From: Wallemia ichthyophaga EXF-994
Lineage: Eukaryota > Fungi > Basidiomycota
Assembly: GCF_000400465.1 (NCBI RefSeq)
Contig: NW_008806284.1
Span: forward strand, 20,001 to 144,000
Direction: 5' to 3'
Length of the DNA: 124,000 nucleotides
Notes under the pieces: generated by a model
The model's database searches: none
Told to the model about the DNA's origin: nothing
What the model saw: only the letters and a program-made list of their open reading frames with translations
Shown here: positions 38,285 to 48,314 of the stretch, piece by piece
Layout: each line of letters starts with the position of its first letter
Position numbering within the stretch: position 1 is the stretch's first letter
Translations under genes and position numbers: made by a program

Positions 38285-39517
38285 ATGCCGCTCCAAAAGT
38301 CGTCGCTCACAATAGACCTGCCCAACACGCACAATGTAATAGTACTCAAAGAGCCAGCGTTCCTTTCCAGCAGTCGCGTGCCCAACTACAGTTCGCAGGA
38401 GGTGTATGAGCTGCGCGGTACGCTTGAGCTCTTTCTGCCTGCGCGGCGGCGCATACGAAGCATACAAGTAAAGCTGCAGAATGTCGAAGAGGCAGTAGTC
38501 CACGGTCGCATGAGTCGGCGGTTAGTCCTTGACGAGACGCTCGAAGTGAGCGTGGACGAGGAGGGGCTAGATCGCGGCGTGCATATATACGAGTTCAACC
38601 TTCGCATAGACAGCCGCACGCCCAACTACGACAGACATCCACGCGGCGGGACGATGCAATACCTCGAAGCGACGGTACAGTTTCACGAGCTGTTTTCGCG
38701 CGCCCTCACACGGCGGATCCCACTCATATTCGTCTCACACCCGAATGGGGAGGGCTTCATACCACTCGATCACGTTCACCGTGACTACGTTGATGATCTG
38801 GGACCACTAGAGGTCAGCTTCAAGACGCAGCATCTCACCATTGCTGGGTATATAATGGTCGAGATGTATCTGCCTAGTCCAGCGCCCGCGCTCGAGATTA
38901 AAGGGCTGAGTGTGACCCTGGAGCAGCACACGAGCATTCATGATAACGGTCACCTCGTTGAGACGTTGCCTGTCGATACACACACGTTGCTGGAAAAGGG
39001 CGGGCGGGAGGACTGCTTAATGCGCGCACCCAACCACAGCGCTGCTATTAGATGCTTCTACTACGTCAAACTCCCCACAGACGATTACTGCAGACCATCT
39101 ACACTTGAATGGTCGATGGCCCGGCTGCGCCATCAACATTTCATTAAATTCGATTTGCTCTACAAGAAGGAAAAGCTGCGGTGCGCGAGTGTTAACGTAC
39201 CAGTCATCTTACCACAGTGCCTTCTCTCGGTCGACAGTGTCACCCTGCCCACTTATAGCGACGCCGGCTATCCAGTCCCTTCAAAACGCCTCTGGGATCA
39301 GCCCCTGCCCCAATACTACAACAACTGCAGCTGTGGTAAAGACTCACTTACCCTCAAAGCAGACGCCGAGGGAGTGCAGAATCTTGATAAATTCACCCCA
39401 AAGAAACAGGGCATCTGGCTCACCGATCTGAGACACAAAGAGGAAAGCATATCGTCGAGAGATTCGTATGAGGAGATACGCGCAGCGAAGCGTGTGAATG
39501 AGTATGTAGTGGAGTAA
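38285..39517 (+). CDS. Alpha-arrestin-like adaptor
   Basis: LRGTLELFL, GVHIYEFNL, YLEATV beta-sandwich pattern; PTY/PQY motifs in the tail. Confidence 0.55.
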   Translation: MPLQKSSLTIDLPNTHNVIVLKEPAFLSSSRVPNYSSQEVYELRGTLELFLPARRRIRSIQVKLQNVEEAVVHGRMSRRLVLDETLEVSVDEEGLDRGVHIYEFNLRIDSRTPNYDRHPRGGTMQYLEATVQFHELFSRALTRRIPLIFVSHPNGEGFIPLDHVHRDYVDDLGPLEVSFKTQHLTIAGYIMVEMYLPSPAPALEIKGLSVTLEQHTSIHDNGHLVETLPVDTHTLLEKGGREDCLMRAPNHSAAIRCFYYVKLPTDDYCRPSTLEWSMARLRHQHFIKFDLLYKKEKLRCASVNVPVILPQCLLSVDSVTLPTYSDAGYPVPSKRLWDQPLPQYYNNCSCGKDSLTLKADAEGVQNLDKFTPKKQGIWLTDLRHKEESISSRDSYEEIRAAKRVNEYVVE

Positions 39518-39694
39518 CAAGTGATCAAGTGATCAACTAATTCAAGGATTTTGTAATTTTTCAACAAAGGATGTATTACTATTTTACAGTTTTTACAGTG
39601 ATTCCGGTGTGTGCTTTGTGTGCAGTGAGTACGCTAGTATGCCAATGAGCCAATGTAATTGTATACTTTACTTTCCTGCGCGCATCCACTCTGC

Positions 39695-40680
39695 TCACAA
39701 CAGCGTCTCACCCAAAGCGGATCTAACGAGCGAGCATCCGACGCTCACAGTCTGCTTTACAGCGCGCTCATCTTCGAGTGTCGGGTTTACTTCCATAAGG
39801 TCAACAGCGACAAGAAGACCAGTCTGATGCAACGCCTCGCAAATATAATGCCCCTCTCTGAAAGTAAGACCACCACGAACCGGTGTACCTGTGCTTGGAG
39901 CCACCGACGGATCCATTGCGTCAACATCGAAGCTTAAATGTACCGGTCTGGTTCCATCAGGATTGACGTCGTTGAGTGCCATTTCGACTACCCTGCCAAT
40001 TCCCCATTTGTCTACATGGTGCATTGAGTACGCGGTGATATTGTGTTCTTTCAGCAGACGCTTTTCGCCATCATCCACATCGCGTAGACCTATATACACG
40101 AGACGTGAAGGGTGCAGCTGCGACTTGATCCAGCTGAATTCGGGTATATCTCCGGCAATGCCGAGCAAGAAAGATAGCTGATAAGTAAGTGGGTTAGTTG
40201 AGACGTCGCACGCATTCCGCACTTATCACTCACTGGACAACCATGCAAATTACCCGTTTCTGTTGTCTCGGGTGTATTCAAGTCGGCATGAGCATCCACC
40301 CACACAACACACAGTTCTGGATGAGCGCTTAAGCTGCCCGAAATGGTCCCCATGGCTAGGCTGTGGTCCCCACCCAGTGTCACAGGAAGCTTGCCTGCTT
40401 GGGCGTGTTTCTTTACCTCCTGGTACACTTTCTCAGTAGCCGCGCTGACTGTTCGTGGATACTTGAGCTTGCCGATGTCCGTATCATTCTCGAGCACGCT
40501 AAATCCGCTATGATCCTCTATGGCGTCGACTGATAGTCCGAGTGTCTCCACCTGCTGCGCGAGGCCGTGCTTTATCAACTGCACAGGCCCAGTCTCCGTG
40601 CCACGCTTAGGCTGTCCGTGACTAAATGGCGCATTAACGAATGCTACTTGTGGTTTTACGAATTTAAAAGGAGTGGACAT
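39695..40680 (-). CDS. CAR1: Arginase
   Basis: LGGDHS, WVDAHADLNT, GNLHGCP, SFDVDAMDPS.APSTGTP..GG, DLMEVNP. Confidence 0.95.
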
Positions 40681-40764
40681 GGCGGTTAGTGATGAACAGG
40701 CGTATCGCGTGTTATCAATGATAAAATAAATTAAAAGTACAAAAGAAGAGCGAGACTAATCAAA

Positions 40765-43546
40765 TCACTCCTCTTCATCATGCTGGTCATCACGCTTGAA
40801 CAGATCGAGCATCTCATTCAATCCAAGCTTGTTAGACACCGCCTTGCCGCTGAGTGCTGCCTCGGCCAGTTCGCGCTTTTTCTTTTGAAGCTCGAGTATA
40901 CGATCTTCTACAGTCTGCACCACCGTTAATTTGTATATATGCACTTCGCGTTTCTGTCCGAGACGGTGGGCTCTGTCGAAAGCTTGGTCTTCGAGCGCAG
41001 GATTCCACCACATGTCAGACAAAATGACGCGCGAACATATATTCAGATTAAGCCCTGTCGATCCGGCTTTGAAGGATATCAGTATGACTGATGGTGTGTT
41101 AGAGAATCAACTTTTGCACTCAAGCATAAGCGTAAGCATATGCCCTAGCATTGGCACTCCCACCTGTTGTCTTATCATCCGACTTTATCTGATTAAGCAC
41201 AGCCTCGCGTTCGATTGGATTCATAGATCCATCGTATCTTACGTACTTGTAGCCAGCTGCTTTGACGAAGCTTTCAATGATATCGAGGAATGTGACGAAT
41301 TGTGAGAATATGATGGTTTTCTCTGGGGTATTCGTGATTTTGTGGCTGCTATTTTTGTCCTTGTGATTCTTGTGATTCTTTTGATCCTTATGACCGCTCT
41401 TGTTGTCCTTCTTTTCAGTGTCCTTTCTCAATTTCGCTTCCTTCCTTTCCTGCTCCCGATCGTCATCACTTTCACTGAGCACAATCTGCTGACTCTTTTT
41501 CTTCAGGATTGATTTCTTGCTTTTACTCTTCTCGCTTTTCTCGTTCTTCTCAACGCGCTTTCTGTCATCGTCATCCGCCTTTTTTATGTCCATCGACGCT
41601 GTACGCTTGATAATTGTGTCAAGATCGTCATTTTCGCTGCTACTGATATCTATAGCTTTAGACGGGAGGCCAGCCGGATCGAGGCGCGTTTGAGGGGTGT
41701 GTGGAGTGTACGAATCTGTCTGTGTCTGTGTCTTCTGTTGTGATCGCCCTTTGGTGTTTGGTTTAATAGCAGTGCTAGTAGAAGCTGCAGCAACATCAGT
41801 AGCGCTATGCACCTCTTCCAAAATACGCATAATAGCTCTAATCTTTGCACTCTCCACCAACCCCGTCGCATCACCCGACTTATCAACTCCACTACTCCCT
41901 ACTACCTTCGCTTTTCCCTTGTCGATCTGTAGATCCTCATCGACATGCTTCTTCTCACCTACACCTAACCCAGTGAAAAGATCCGCGAGCTCATCCGCCT
42001 CTTTCTCATCCTCCTCTTCCTCCACTTTACCTGGCTGTTGTGACCGCATAGCCGGTTCGTTAGCGACAAAGTCATCCTTGCTGTAAGCGCGCGTGACGAG
42101 ATGTGGATGACAGCAAGCCTGTCTCAAACGGAGCAACAGAGTTAAGACGCTAGTGTACCTGCTATTAATAGCGCCCTCTGTCACGAACTTGCTGATAGTT
42201 TGCTGAGCGCGATCGTGAACGTTATCGTAGAATCTGCGCTCCTCCTCATCGAACAAGCACGCAACATCCGTAACATGCTTCGGGGGTAGTGTGATAAGCG
42301 CCGATCCGTCCTCATTCAAGGTGTTCTTTGTACGTCGCAGCATAACCAATTTGAGAATCAGCTGTAAACGCGCTATCGCCACTTTGACACGGCCACTTTT
42401 CATAGGCGTGCTAATGCGCGTCTTGAACTCGTCATAATGACGAAAAGGCTCTATGCGCAGGAAACGTAGCAACGCATAGAGCTCGTCGACGTTGTTCTGG
42501 ATGGGCGTACCCGTCAGACACCATCTGTAGCATGCAGATAGCCCCGCACATGCTATGCTCGTCTTACTCGTCCGGTTCTTGATGTTCTGTGCTTCGTCGA
42601 GCACAACGCGTTGGAAATTGCCCTCAAAAAGGGCGCAAAGAGGCTTCTTCTGCTTGCCAGTTTTACCCGTTTTGCTTTTGGTACCGCTACTGCTCTTACT
42701 TTTGCTGCCACCTGGCTCCTCACTCTCGTACACGCGGTGCTCAGATGACACCGTCTGGTAGCTCGTTACGACGACATCGTAATTGGCAAAGGCAGCAGCG
42801 TCGCGCGTGCGTGCTGCGCCGTGGTGTGTGAGTACGCGCACGCCGTCGCACTTACTTTTGGCCTCCGTCTCCCACTGCGCCACCACAGCTAGAGGTGCTA
42901 CGATGAGGGTAGTTTTGGACCACTCACGTACAACTTGCTTATCAGAGCTATTGGAGAGGATGAGTGCGAGAGTCTGGACAGTTTTCCCAAGTCCCATCTT
43001 AACGCTGTCAGAGTGAGCGAGTTGGATGTAAAACGCGCAACTCACATCATCAGCTAGAATACCGCCATGCTTATTAGATACGCCACTCTCGCGGTCGCGC
43101 ATCCAAGCTACACCGGCTATCTGGTGCTGGAGAAGGGTGATGTCGGGCATTCCAGGGATAGTTGCGGTGGATGGGAGATCAACATCGTCGTAATCAGCAG
43201 TCACGCCTGAAATGAGCTCGTTGAGGTGTTTGTTCGCCTCGCTGGAAGTCGTCGCCGTCGTCGTGTCTGAGGATGACGGCGTATCTTCTCGCGGGAGCGG
43301 CGTGACTGGGGGCAAGGAAACACTTGCTAGTGGGGGTGGCGATACCTGGTGGACTGCTACACGTGATGCCAATGGTTGTGGCGGGCGGGCGTAAAGGTTC
43401 TTGGATACAGGCGCTGCCCAGCCATTAGGTGCACGCTGTGGTATGCCGTATGTAGGTGGTGGTAGACCTGCTGGACGTGTACTCTGTGTACCTTGTGTGT
43501 TGTGTGTTTTGTGTGCACCGCGTGCGCCCTGGTTACCAGTATACAT
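40765..43546 (-). CDS. SNF2-family helicase, Rad5/16-Uls1-like
   Basis: GGILADD|MGLGKT, VVLDEAQ, WCLTGTPIQN, LLRLRQACCHP, EDQAFDRAHRLGQ. Confidence 0.88.
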
Positions 43547-43653
43547 GACAGTATCTACTTAAAGACAAAGACACTACCCTGAAAACAAAGCAAATGTGAA
43601 ATAAATTTGTATCAACACGCTCATGACATTCAGATTCATACAAAAAGTATAGC

Positions 43654-44464
43654 TTAAGCCTCGCGAGTTTGTTGAGTACCACGTAACAAACCGGTACGTC
43701 TGGCAGCAATAAGACCAGCCTTTTGACCAGAAGGAGCATCTCTGGCGATGGTAGAGGCGTGACCAATGTGTTGGTGGTTACCACCACCGTGAGGGTGGTC
43801 TACTGGGTTCATGGCAACACCACGAGTACGTGGCCAGCAGTTTCTCTTGACCTTGAACTTGTGGTGAGCGGCACCAGCCTTGAGGAGAGGCTTGTCAATA
43901 CGACCACCACCAGCGACAATACCAATTGAAGCTCTGGATGAACCGACGACAGCCTTCTTAGCACCGGATGGAAGACGGATTCTAGTCTTACCGTCGACCT
44001 CAGAGTGACCGATGATGGTGGCGTAGTTGCCTGAAGCTCTAGCCAATGCACCTCTGTCACCAGACTTCTCCTCAATGTTGCAGATGATGGTACCTTCTGG
44101 CATTTGGGAGACAGGCAAAACGTTACCGACGGCGAGAGCAGCCTTCTTACCGCAGTAGACGAAAGCACCGGTGTAGAGACCTTCGGTAGCGATGAAGGTC
44201 TCGGTACGGAGCTTGTAGCGGTATTGGTCACGGAAAACGACACGAGCCAAAGGAGCACCACGGCCAGCGTCGTGGATGATCTCCTTGACTATACCACGGA
44301 TGTAGCCGTTACGCTCAGCATAGTCGTAAGTACGGAGCTGGGCTGGGGCCTTGTTGTGGTGGGTGTGAGACTGGAAAATACCACCGTTTTTACGCTGCGA
44401 TCTGATGACTCTACCCCTGTTTAAATTGTGAGAATATGTTAGGGCGCCTGAATAAATTTTACAT
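43654..44464 (-). CDS. RPL2: 60S ribosomal protein L2 (uL2)
   Basis: [46 protein letters not shown]; start AT|G split by intron 44417-44462. Confidence 0.96.
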
Positions 44465-44757
44465 TTCGTCGACGCTGTGGCTTGAAGCTAAGAGAGAAGG
44501 ATTTTTTAGAGAAGGATAAAAACTGAAAAAATTGAAGGTAAAAAGAGTGAATGGAGAGAGATATAAAAATGAATACAGATACCCATAATAGCCAGCTAAT
44601 TGAGTTGAATATGCGTGTGCGTCATGGTTAGTATGGCGTAATCACACCGTTAGAGCTGTTGTGGATATGTGAGTGGTTGTACACTACCAGCACTCCCACC
44701 CACCCTCTCATTGGACCTTGTTCAAATTGAATATTGATTTCTTCAACCAATGGCAAT

Positions 44758-45225
44758 TTATTTGGTGATCTTGCGTAGAGAACGATATTCCCGTCGTTGC
44801 TATGGTATTAGTAGGTGGCTGATTGGAATAAATAGTACTCCCGCGCACCTCATCGTTGGCTGCTGCGTTGAAACTAGATTAGCTTCCTCAATCCCAGGAA
44901 GACGTGGTTTGGCGCCTGTCTGACGACGATGACGCGAGATTGTAAGTGGGTTGCTTTGGACGTATCAATTGAGTTTCATCTCTTCCAATTGCCTCCCATC
45001 TCCGCCCATCAACCCAGAAATGGCGATATCAAGAGATGGAAATGAAGCACTTACACGTCGTAGTTGAGTGAATGCGTTGAGGGCGTTGCGGGCATAGAGT
45101 TTAAACCACTCGTGGTAATATGTGCAGCTGCTGCGATTGCTGGAGGTGTGTCAAGTGGTGTGATGTGAGATGTGTGTGTGTGAGTGTTATCAGTACCCAC
45201 CGATAAAGGGGATCAAGGAGAACAT
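44758..45225 (-). other. Spliced transcription unit: possible 58-aa secreted peptide and/or non-coding host of an intronic RNA
   Basis: Four GT-AG introns (45234-45280, 45140-45200, 44874-45054, 44800-44848); the joined ORF is MFSLIPFIAIAAAAHITTS..EYRSLRKITK*. Confidence 0.4.
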
Positions 45226-45307
45226 CGATGTAGCTGATAAAGAAGGAATTTAAATAAAGAAATCAATTTATCAACTTTACATAGACGACGGGGGTGTCTA
45301 GATTGAG

Positions 45308-46498
45308 ATGCTCACAACCATGACGGGGGATCTCAATAGGATCTACAATACGCATAAATCTAAATCAAATGAGAATAAACTCAATAAATACAAAATACTT
45401 GGTTTCTTGTCCTCCGGGACTTACGGGAAGGTGTTCAAGGCAGAGGCTGTAGATGACGCTAATAAGGTCTACGCGATTAAAAAGTTTAAACCTGATAATC
45501 AGTTGTTCATGGGAATATCTCAGTCTGCTATTCGAGAAATCAGCTTGAATAGCGAGATTAACAGCGAAAATTTGGCAAAGTTAGTCGAAGTGCTGCTCAT
45601 GGATGGAGCTATCTACATGATATTCGAATACGCAGAGCATGATTTACTACAAATCATTTATCATCACTCTCAAATTGTTAGAAATGATATTGATCCACTC
45701 GTACTGAAATCATTCCTTTACCAGCTAACAAATGGTGTACACTACTTGCACTCAAACTTTATCATCCACAGAGACCTCAAGCCTGCCAATATCCTCGTCA
45801 CAAACACTGGGGTTGTTAAGGTTGGTGATTTGGGTTTAGCTAGGGTGTTTAAGGCTCCCCTACAGCCACTCTACAACGGCGACAAAGTCGTTGTTACTAT
45901 TTGGTACAGATCCCCCGAGCTTCTCCTAGGCACACGTCACTATACGCCTGCCATTGATATTTGGGCTATTGGCTGCATATACGCTGAAATGCTATCTTTA
46001 CGTCCATTATTCAAAGGTGATGAAGTCAGGCTGGATAACAAGAAATTGCCCTTCCAATCGCATCAAATGATCTGCATTATGGACTTGCTAGGTTTCCCAA
46101 ACACGACTAGATACCCAGACATAAAAAACCTGCCTGACTACAACGAGTTGATGCAATTCAATCCCCAACAATTCTCCTATAAACTCAATCACTGGTTTGC
46201 ACAGCGATCCAACTCACTCCAAGGATTCGATCTGCTTGATAAGATGTTACAGTATGACCCGACACAGCGACTGAGCGCCAAAGACGCGCTCAACCATCCA
46301 TTCTTCACCACCGAACAACCCCAACCTCTTTCAGCCCCACTTGCAACACACAGCGAGAATATCTACCCAACGCGGCGCGTCACACACGACGGCGAGCTCG
46401 ATGGGCTTAGTAGCCAGCACAGTGGTGTCTCGGGCGCAGGCGCAGGAGGTGGAAGTGCGCAGAGTGGTCCATCACGCAAGCGAAGTCGGTTAGTGTAA
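45308..46498 (+). CDS. SSN3: Mediator kinase CDK8/Srb10
   Basis: GFLSSGTYGKVFKA, YAIKKFKPD, QSAIREI, HRDLKPANIL, DLGLAR, VVTIWYRSPELLLG..HYTPAID. Confidence 0.9.
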   Translation: MLTTMTGDLNRIYNTHKSKSNENKLNKYKILGFLSSGTYGKVFKAEAVDDANKVYAIKKFKPDNQLFMGISQSAIREISLNSEINSENLAKLVEVLLMDGAIYMIFEYAEHDLLQIIYHHSQIVRNDIDPLVLKSFLYQLTNGVHYLHSNFIIHRDLKPANILVTNTGVVKVGDLGLARVFKAPLQPLYNGDKVVVTIWYRSPELLLGTRHYTPAIDIWAIGCIYAEMLSLRPLFKGDEVRLDNKKLPFQSHQMICIMDLLGFPNTTRYPDIKNLPDYNELMQFNPQQFSYKLNHWFAQRSNSLQGFDLLDKMLQYDPTQRLSAKDALNHPFFTTEQPQPLSAPLATHSENIYPTRRVTHDGELDGLSSQHSGVSGAGAGGGSAQSGPSRKRSRLV

Positions 46499-46574
46499 TA
46501 AAGTGTATTTTAATATGACCACATGATATATCTTGATCTTCACCACCACCACACGCTGCACACAACTCAAACGC

Positions 46575-47459
46575 ATGTCGAACAACCCCGTCTACACATA
46601 TCACGAAAAACAGCACTTCAATCTCGGTGGTAACTCGCGTAAGCGTAAGATCGGGATTGAGTCGCTGCGCCGATTCGACCATTGTGCGCTATGCCTCGGC
46701 GTAGCACGCGAGGCGACGAGTACCCCGAGGGGAATTATATACTGTAAAGAGTGCATATATGCGGATCTGTTAGCGCAAAAGCAGGAGATAAAGGCTGCGA
46801 AAACCACCCTGAAGCAGCTCAAGCAGGCGCAGAAGGATGGTTCAGCAAGACGAGCAGAAATTAGCAAACAGGGAAATGTGGAGAGGTTCGATAAGGCGCA
46901 GAAGCTGGGTGGGGACAATTCACAATCTCAATCGCAATCGCAACCAAACTCAAGCTCACAATCTCACCCCACTCTACCCAGCTTTTGGCTGTCTTCTCTC
47001 CAGCCTAACATCAGCGATGAGCAGAATATTGCTGATCGGATACGCGCGTTAGAGGCCCAGAAGATGGTGACTCTCTGTCGACAGGCTACCCCTCCTCATC
47101 CACTCACACTCAAGGATCTCACGCCTGTCAAGATTAAGTACACTGACAGCGCACGCGATGTTGCTGTGTGCAGTGGATGCAATAGGACACTTAACAATTC
47201 AACTAGAATGCTTCTCACTAAATCTTGTCATAATCTTCTCTGCGGCTATTGCATAGACACTCTCTACACACCATCGCAGCAGTGCCCTGTATGCGATGAA
47301 AAGGTTGATACAAATCCAGACGATTTGATTAGGATATCCGTTGAAGGTTGGCTATTTCATTTGATTCTATTCACTCACTCACACCTTCCAGGCACCGGTT
47401 TCGCTGGTGGTGGCGGTGTTATGCTCAAGAAGAGAACAGGAACACTCGGGCTCAATTAG
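46575..47459 (+). CDS. NOSIP-like U-box/RING protein
   Basis: VYTYHEK, RFDHCALCL, GIIYCKECI..LLAQK, C-terminal RING CSGC..C.N..C..C..CPVC, GTGFAGGG. Confidence 0.8.
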   Translation: MSNNPVYTYHEKQHFNLGGNSRKRKIGIESLRRFDHCALCLGVAREATSTPRGIIYCKECIYADLLAQKQEIKAAKTTLKQLKQAQKDGSARRAEISKQGNVERFDKAQKLGGDNSQSQSQSQPNSSSQSHPTLPSFWLSSLQPNISDEQNIADRIRALEAQKMVTLCRQATPPHPLTLKDLTPVKIKYTDSARDVAVCSGCNRTLNNSTRMLLTKSCHNLLCGYCIDTLYTPSQQCPVCDEKVDTNPDDLIRISVEGWLFHLILFTHSHLPGTGFAGGGGVMLKKRTGTLGLN

Positions 47460-47574
47460 TTTGCTAATGTGTATTATTTATATAGAGTACATTTCTCGTT
47501 GCATCGCTTTCATGTCCTGTTTTCTTGCATTAGCTAACGCGCCAACGCACCATACACACCCCAGTTACACCAGT

Positions 47575-47642
47575 GTATCAGTAAAAGCGTTTAAAGTTTG
47601 ACTTCATGTGTTTGCAGAGATTGTTCACAATACCATCATGTT
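47575..47642 (-). ncRNA. Box C/D snoRNA, 25S Um2921 guide (snR52/SNORD62-like), copy B
   Basis: C-like ATGATGG (47633-39), guide GTGAACAATCT before D' CTGC, D CTGA (47578-81); lies in intron 47517-47681 with flanking CACACCCCA/TGGGGTGTG stem. Confidence 0.75.
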
Positions 47643-47787
47643 GTGTGCGCTGTGGGGTGTGCTGGATGTACACAAACCCACCTCATTGTCTCATCACCAT
47701 ATTTCGTTAACGTTTACTGGAAATTCCTGTCTTGGTCGTTTGTTAGTTGGGTTCAAAACGTCCCTCAGACTCCGCGACCGCTCTTCA

Positions 47788-47859
47788 ATGTCAGCGAATA
47801 AGCGTTATAAAGAGTTGACTTCATGTGTTTGCAGAGATTGTTCACAAAACCATCATTCG
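47788..47859 (-). ncRNA. Box C/D snoRNA, 25S Um2921 guide (snR52/SNORD62-like), copy A
   Basis: C-like ATGATGG (47850-56), the same guide antisense to 25S GGAUUGUUCAC, D CTGA (47791-94); flanking GACCGCTCT/AGAGCGGTC stem; intron donor at 47895. Confidence 0.75.
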
Positions 47860-47955
47860 AGAGAGCGGTCTGGATTCTGAATAAATTGTACTCACCAATT
47901 GCGTTAGTTTTGCTTCTCAGTTACACCAACTCCTTCGCTCTCCACACATGATTAC

Positions 47956-48031
47956 ATTTCAGTTAGAGCTAATACATTTTATCCCTCCTCTTCTCAATGA
48001 GAATCGAGTGATAATAACTTTTCATCCTTGT
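47956..48031 (-). ncRNA. Box C/D snoRNA, guide for the 18S site equivalent to human Am166 (SNORD44-like)
   Basis: C-like AGGATGA (48022-28), 14-nt guide ATGTATTAGCTCTA antisense to 18S UAGAGCUAAUACAU, D CTGA (47959-62); flanking CTCCACAC/GTGTGGAG stem. Confidence 0.75.
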
Positions 48032-48156
48032 AAACGAGTGTGGAGTCGTCGAAGAAAGTGATAAAGCAATGGTAAAACTAACTTACATCTTCATCCTAAA
48101 AACGATAATTAGCAAGAACACTAATAATAACACCACGCAAGACACCATCACAAACA

Positions 48157-48257
48157 CCCTCAGAGAGAAGATTTATCCCTGATAATGTCGGTCATCAATC
48201 CGCGAGTGATGAATCACACCAGAAATCCCCACAAGAATGAATAGCGATTATCATCTT
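48157..48257 (-). ncRNA. Box C/D snoRNA guiding U6 snRNA methylation (mgU6-47/SNORD7-like, probable second U6 guide)
   Basis: 3' end AATCTTCTCT-CTGA antisense to U6 AGAGAAGAUU; C' TTGATGA (48192-98); C-like ATGATAA (48248-54); lies in intron 48096-48307. Confidence 0.75.
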
Positions 48258-48314
48258 GGAGTGAGACTAGCGAGTGGTGTCTAGCGTGAGGTGTGAATTG
48301 CACTCACATTGCAA

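Noticed and set aside
43809-44424. Long overlapping or antisense ORFs over highly expressed genes (also at TUF1, CDC48, CHC1, RPL11)
   Set aside because: Shadows produced by strong codon bias; no motifs or splice signals of their own.
47598-47856. 42-bp direct repeat as LTR/MITE ends or a CRISPR-like repeat
   Set aside because: There are only two copies with no TSD or TIR, and each sits within C/D boxes with an rRNA antisense element in its own intron; duplicated snoRNAs explain it.
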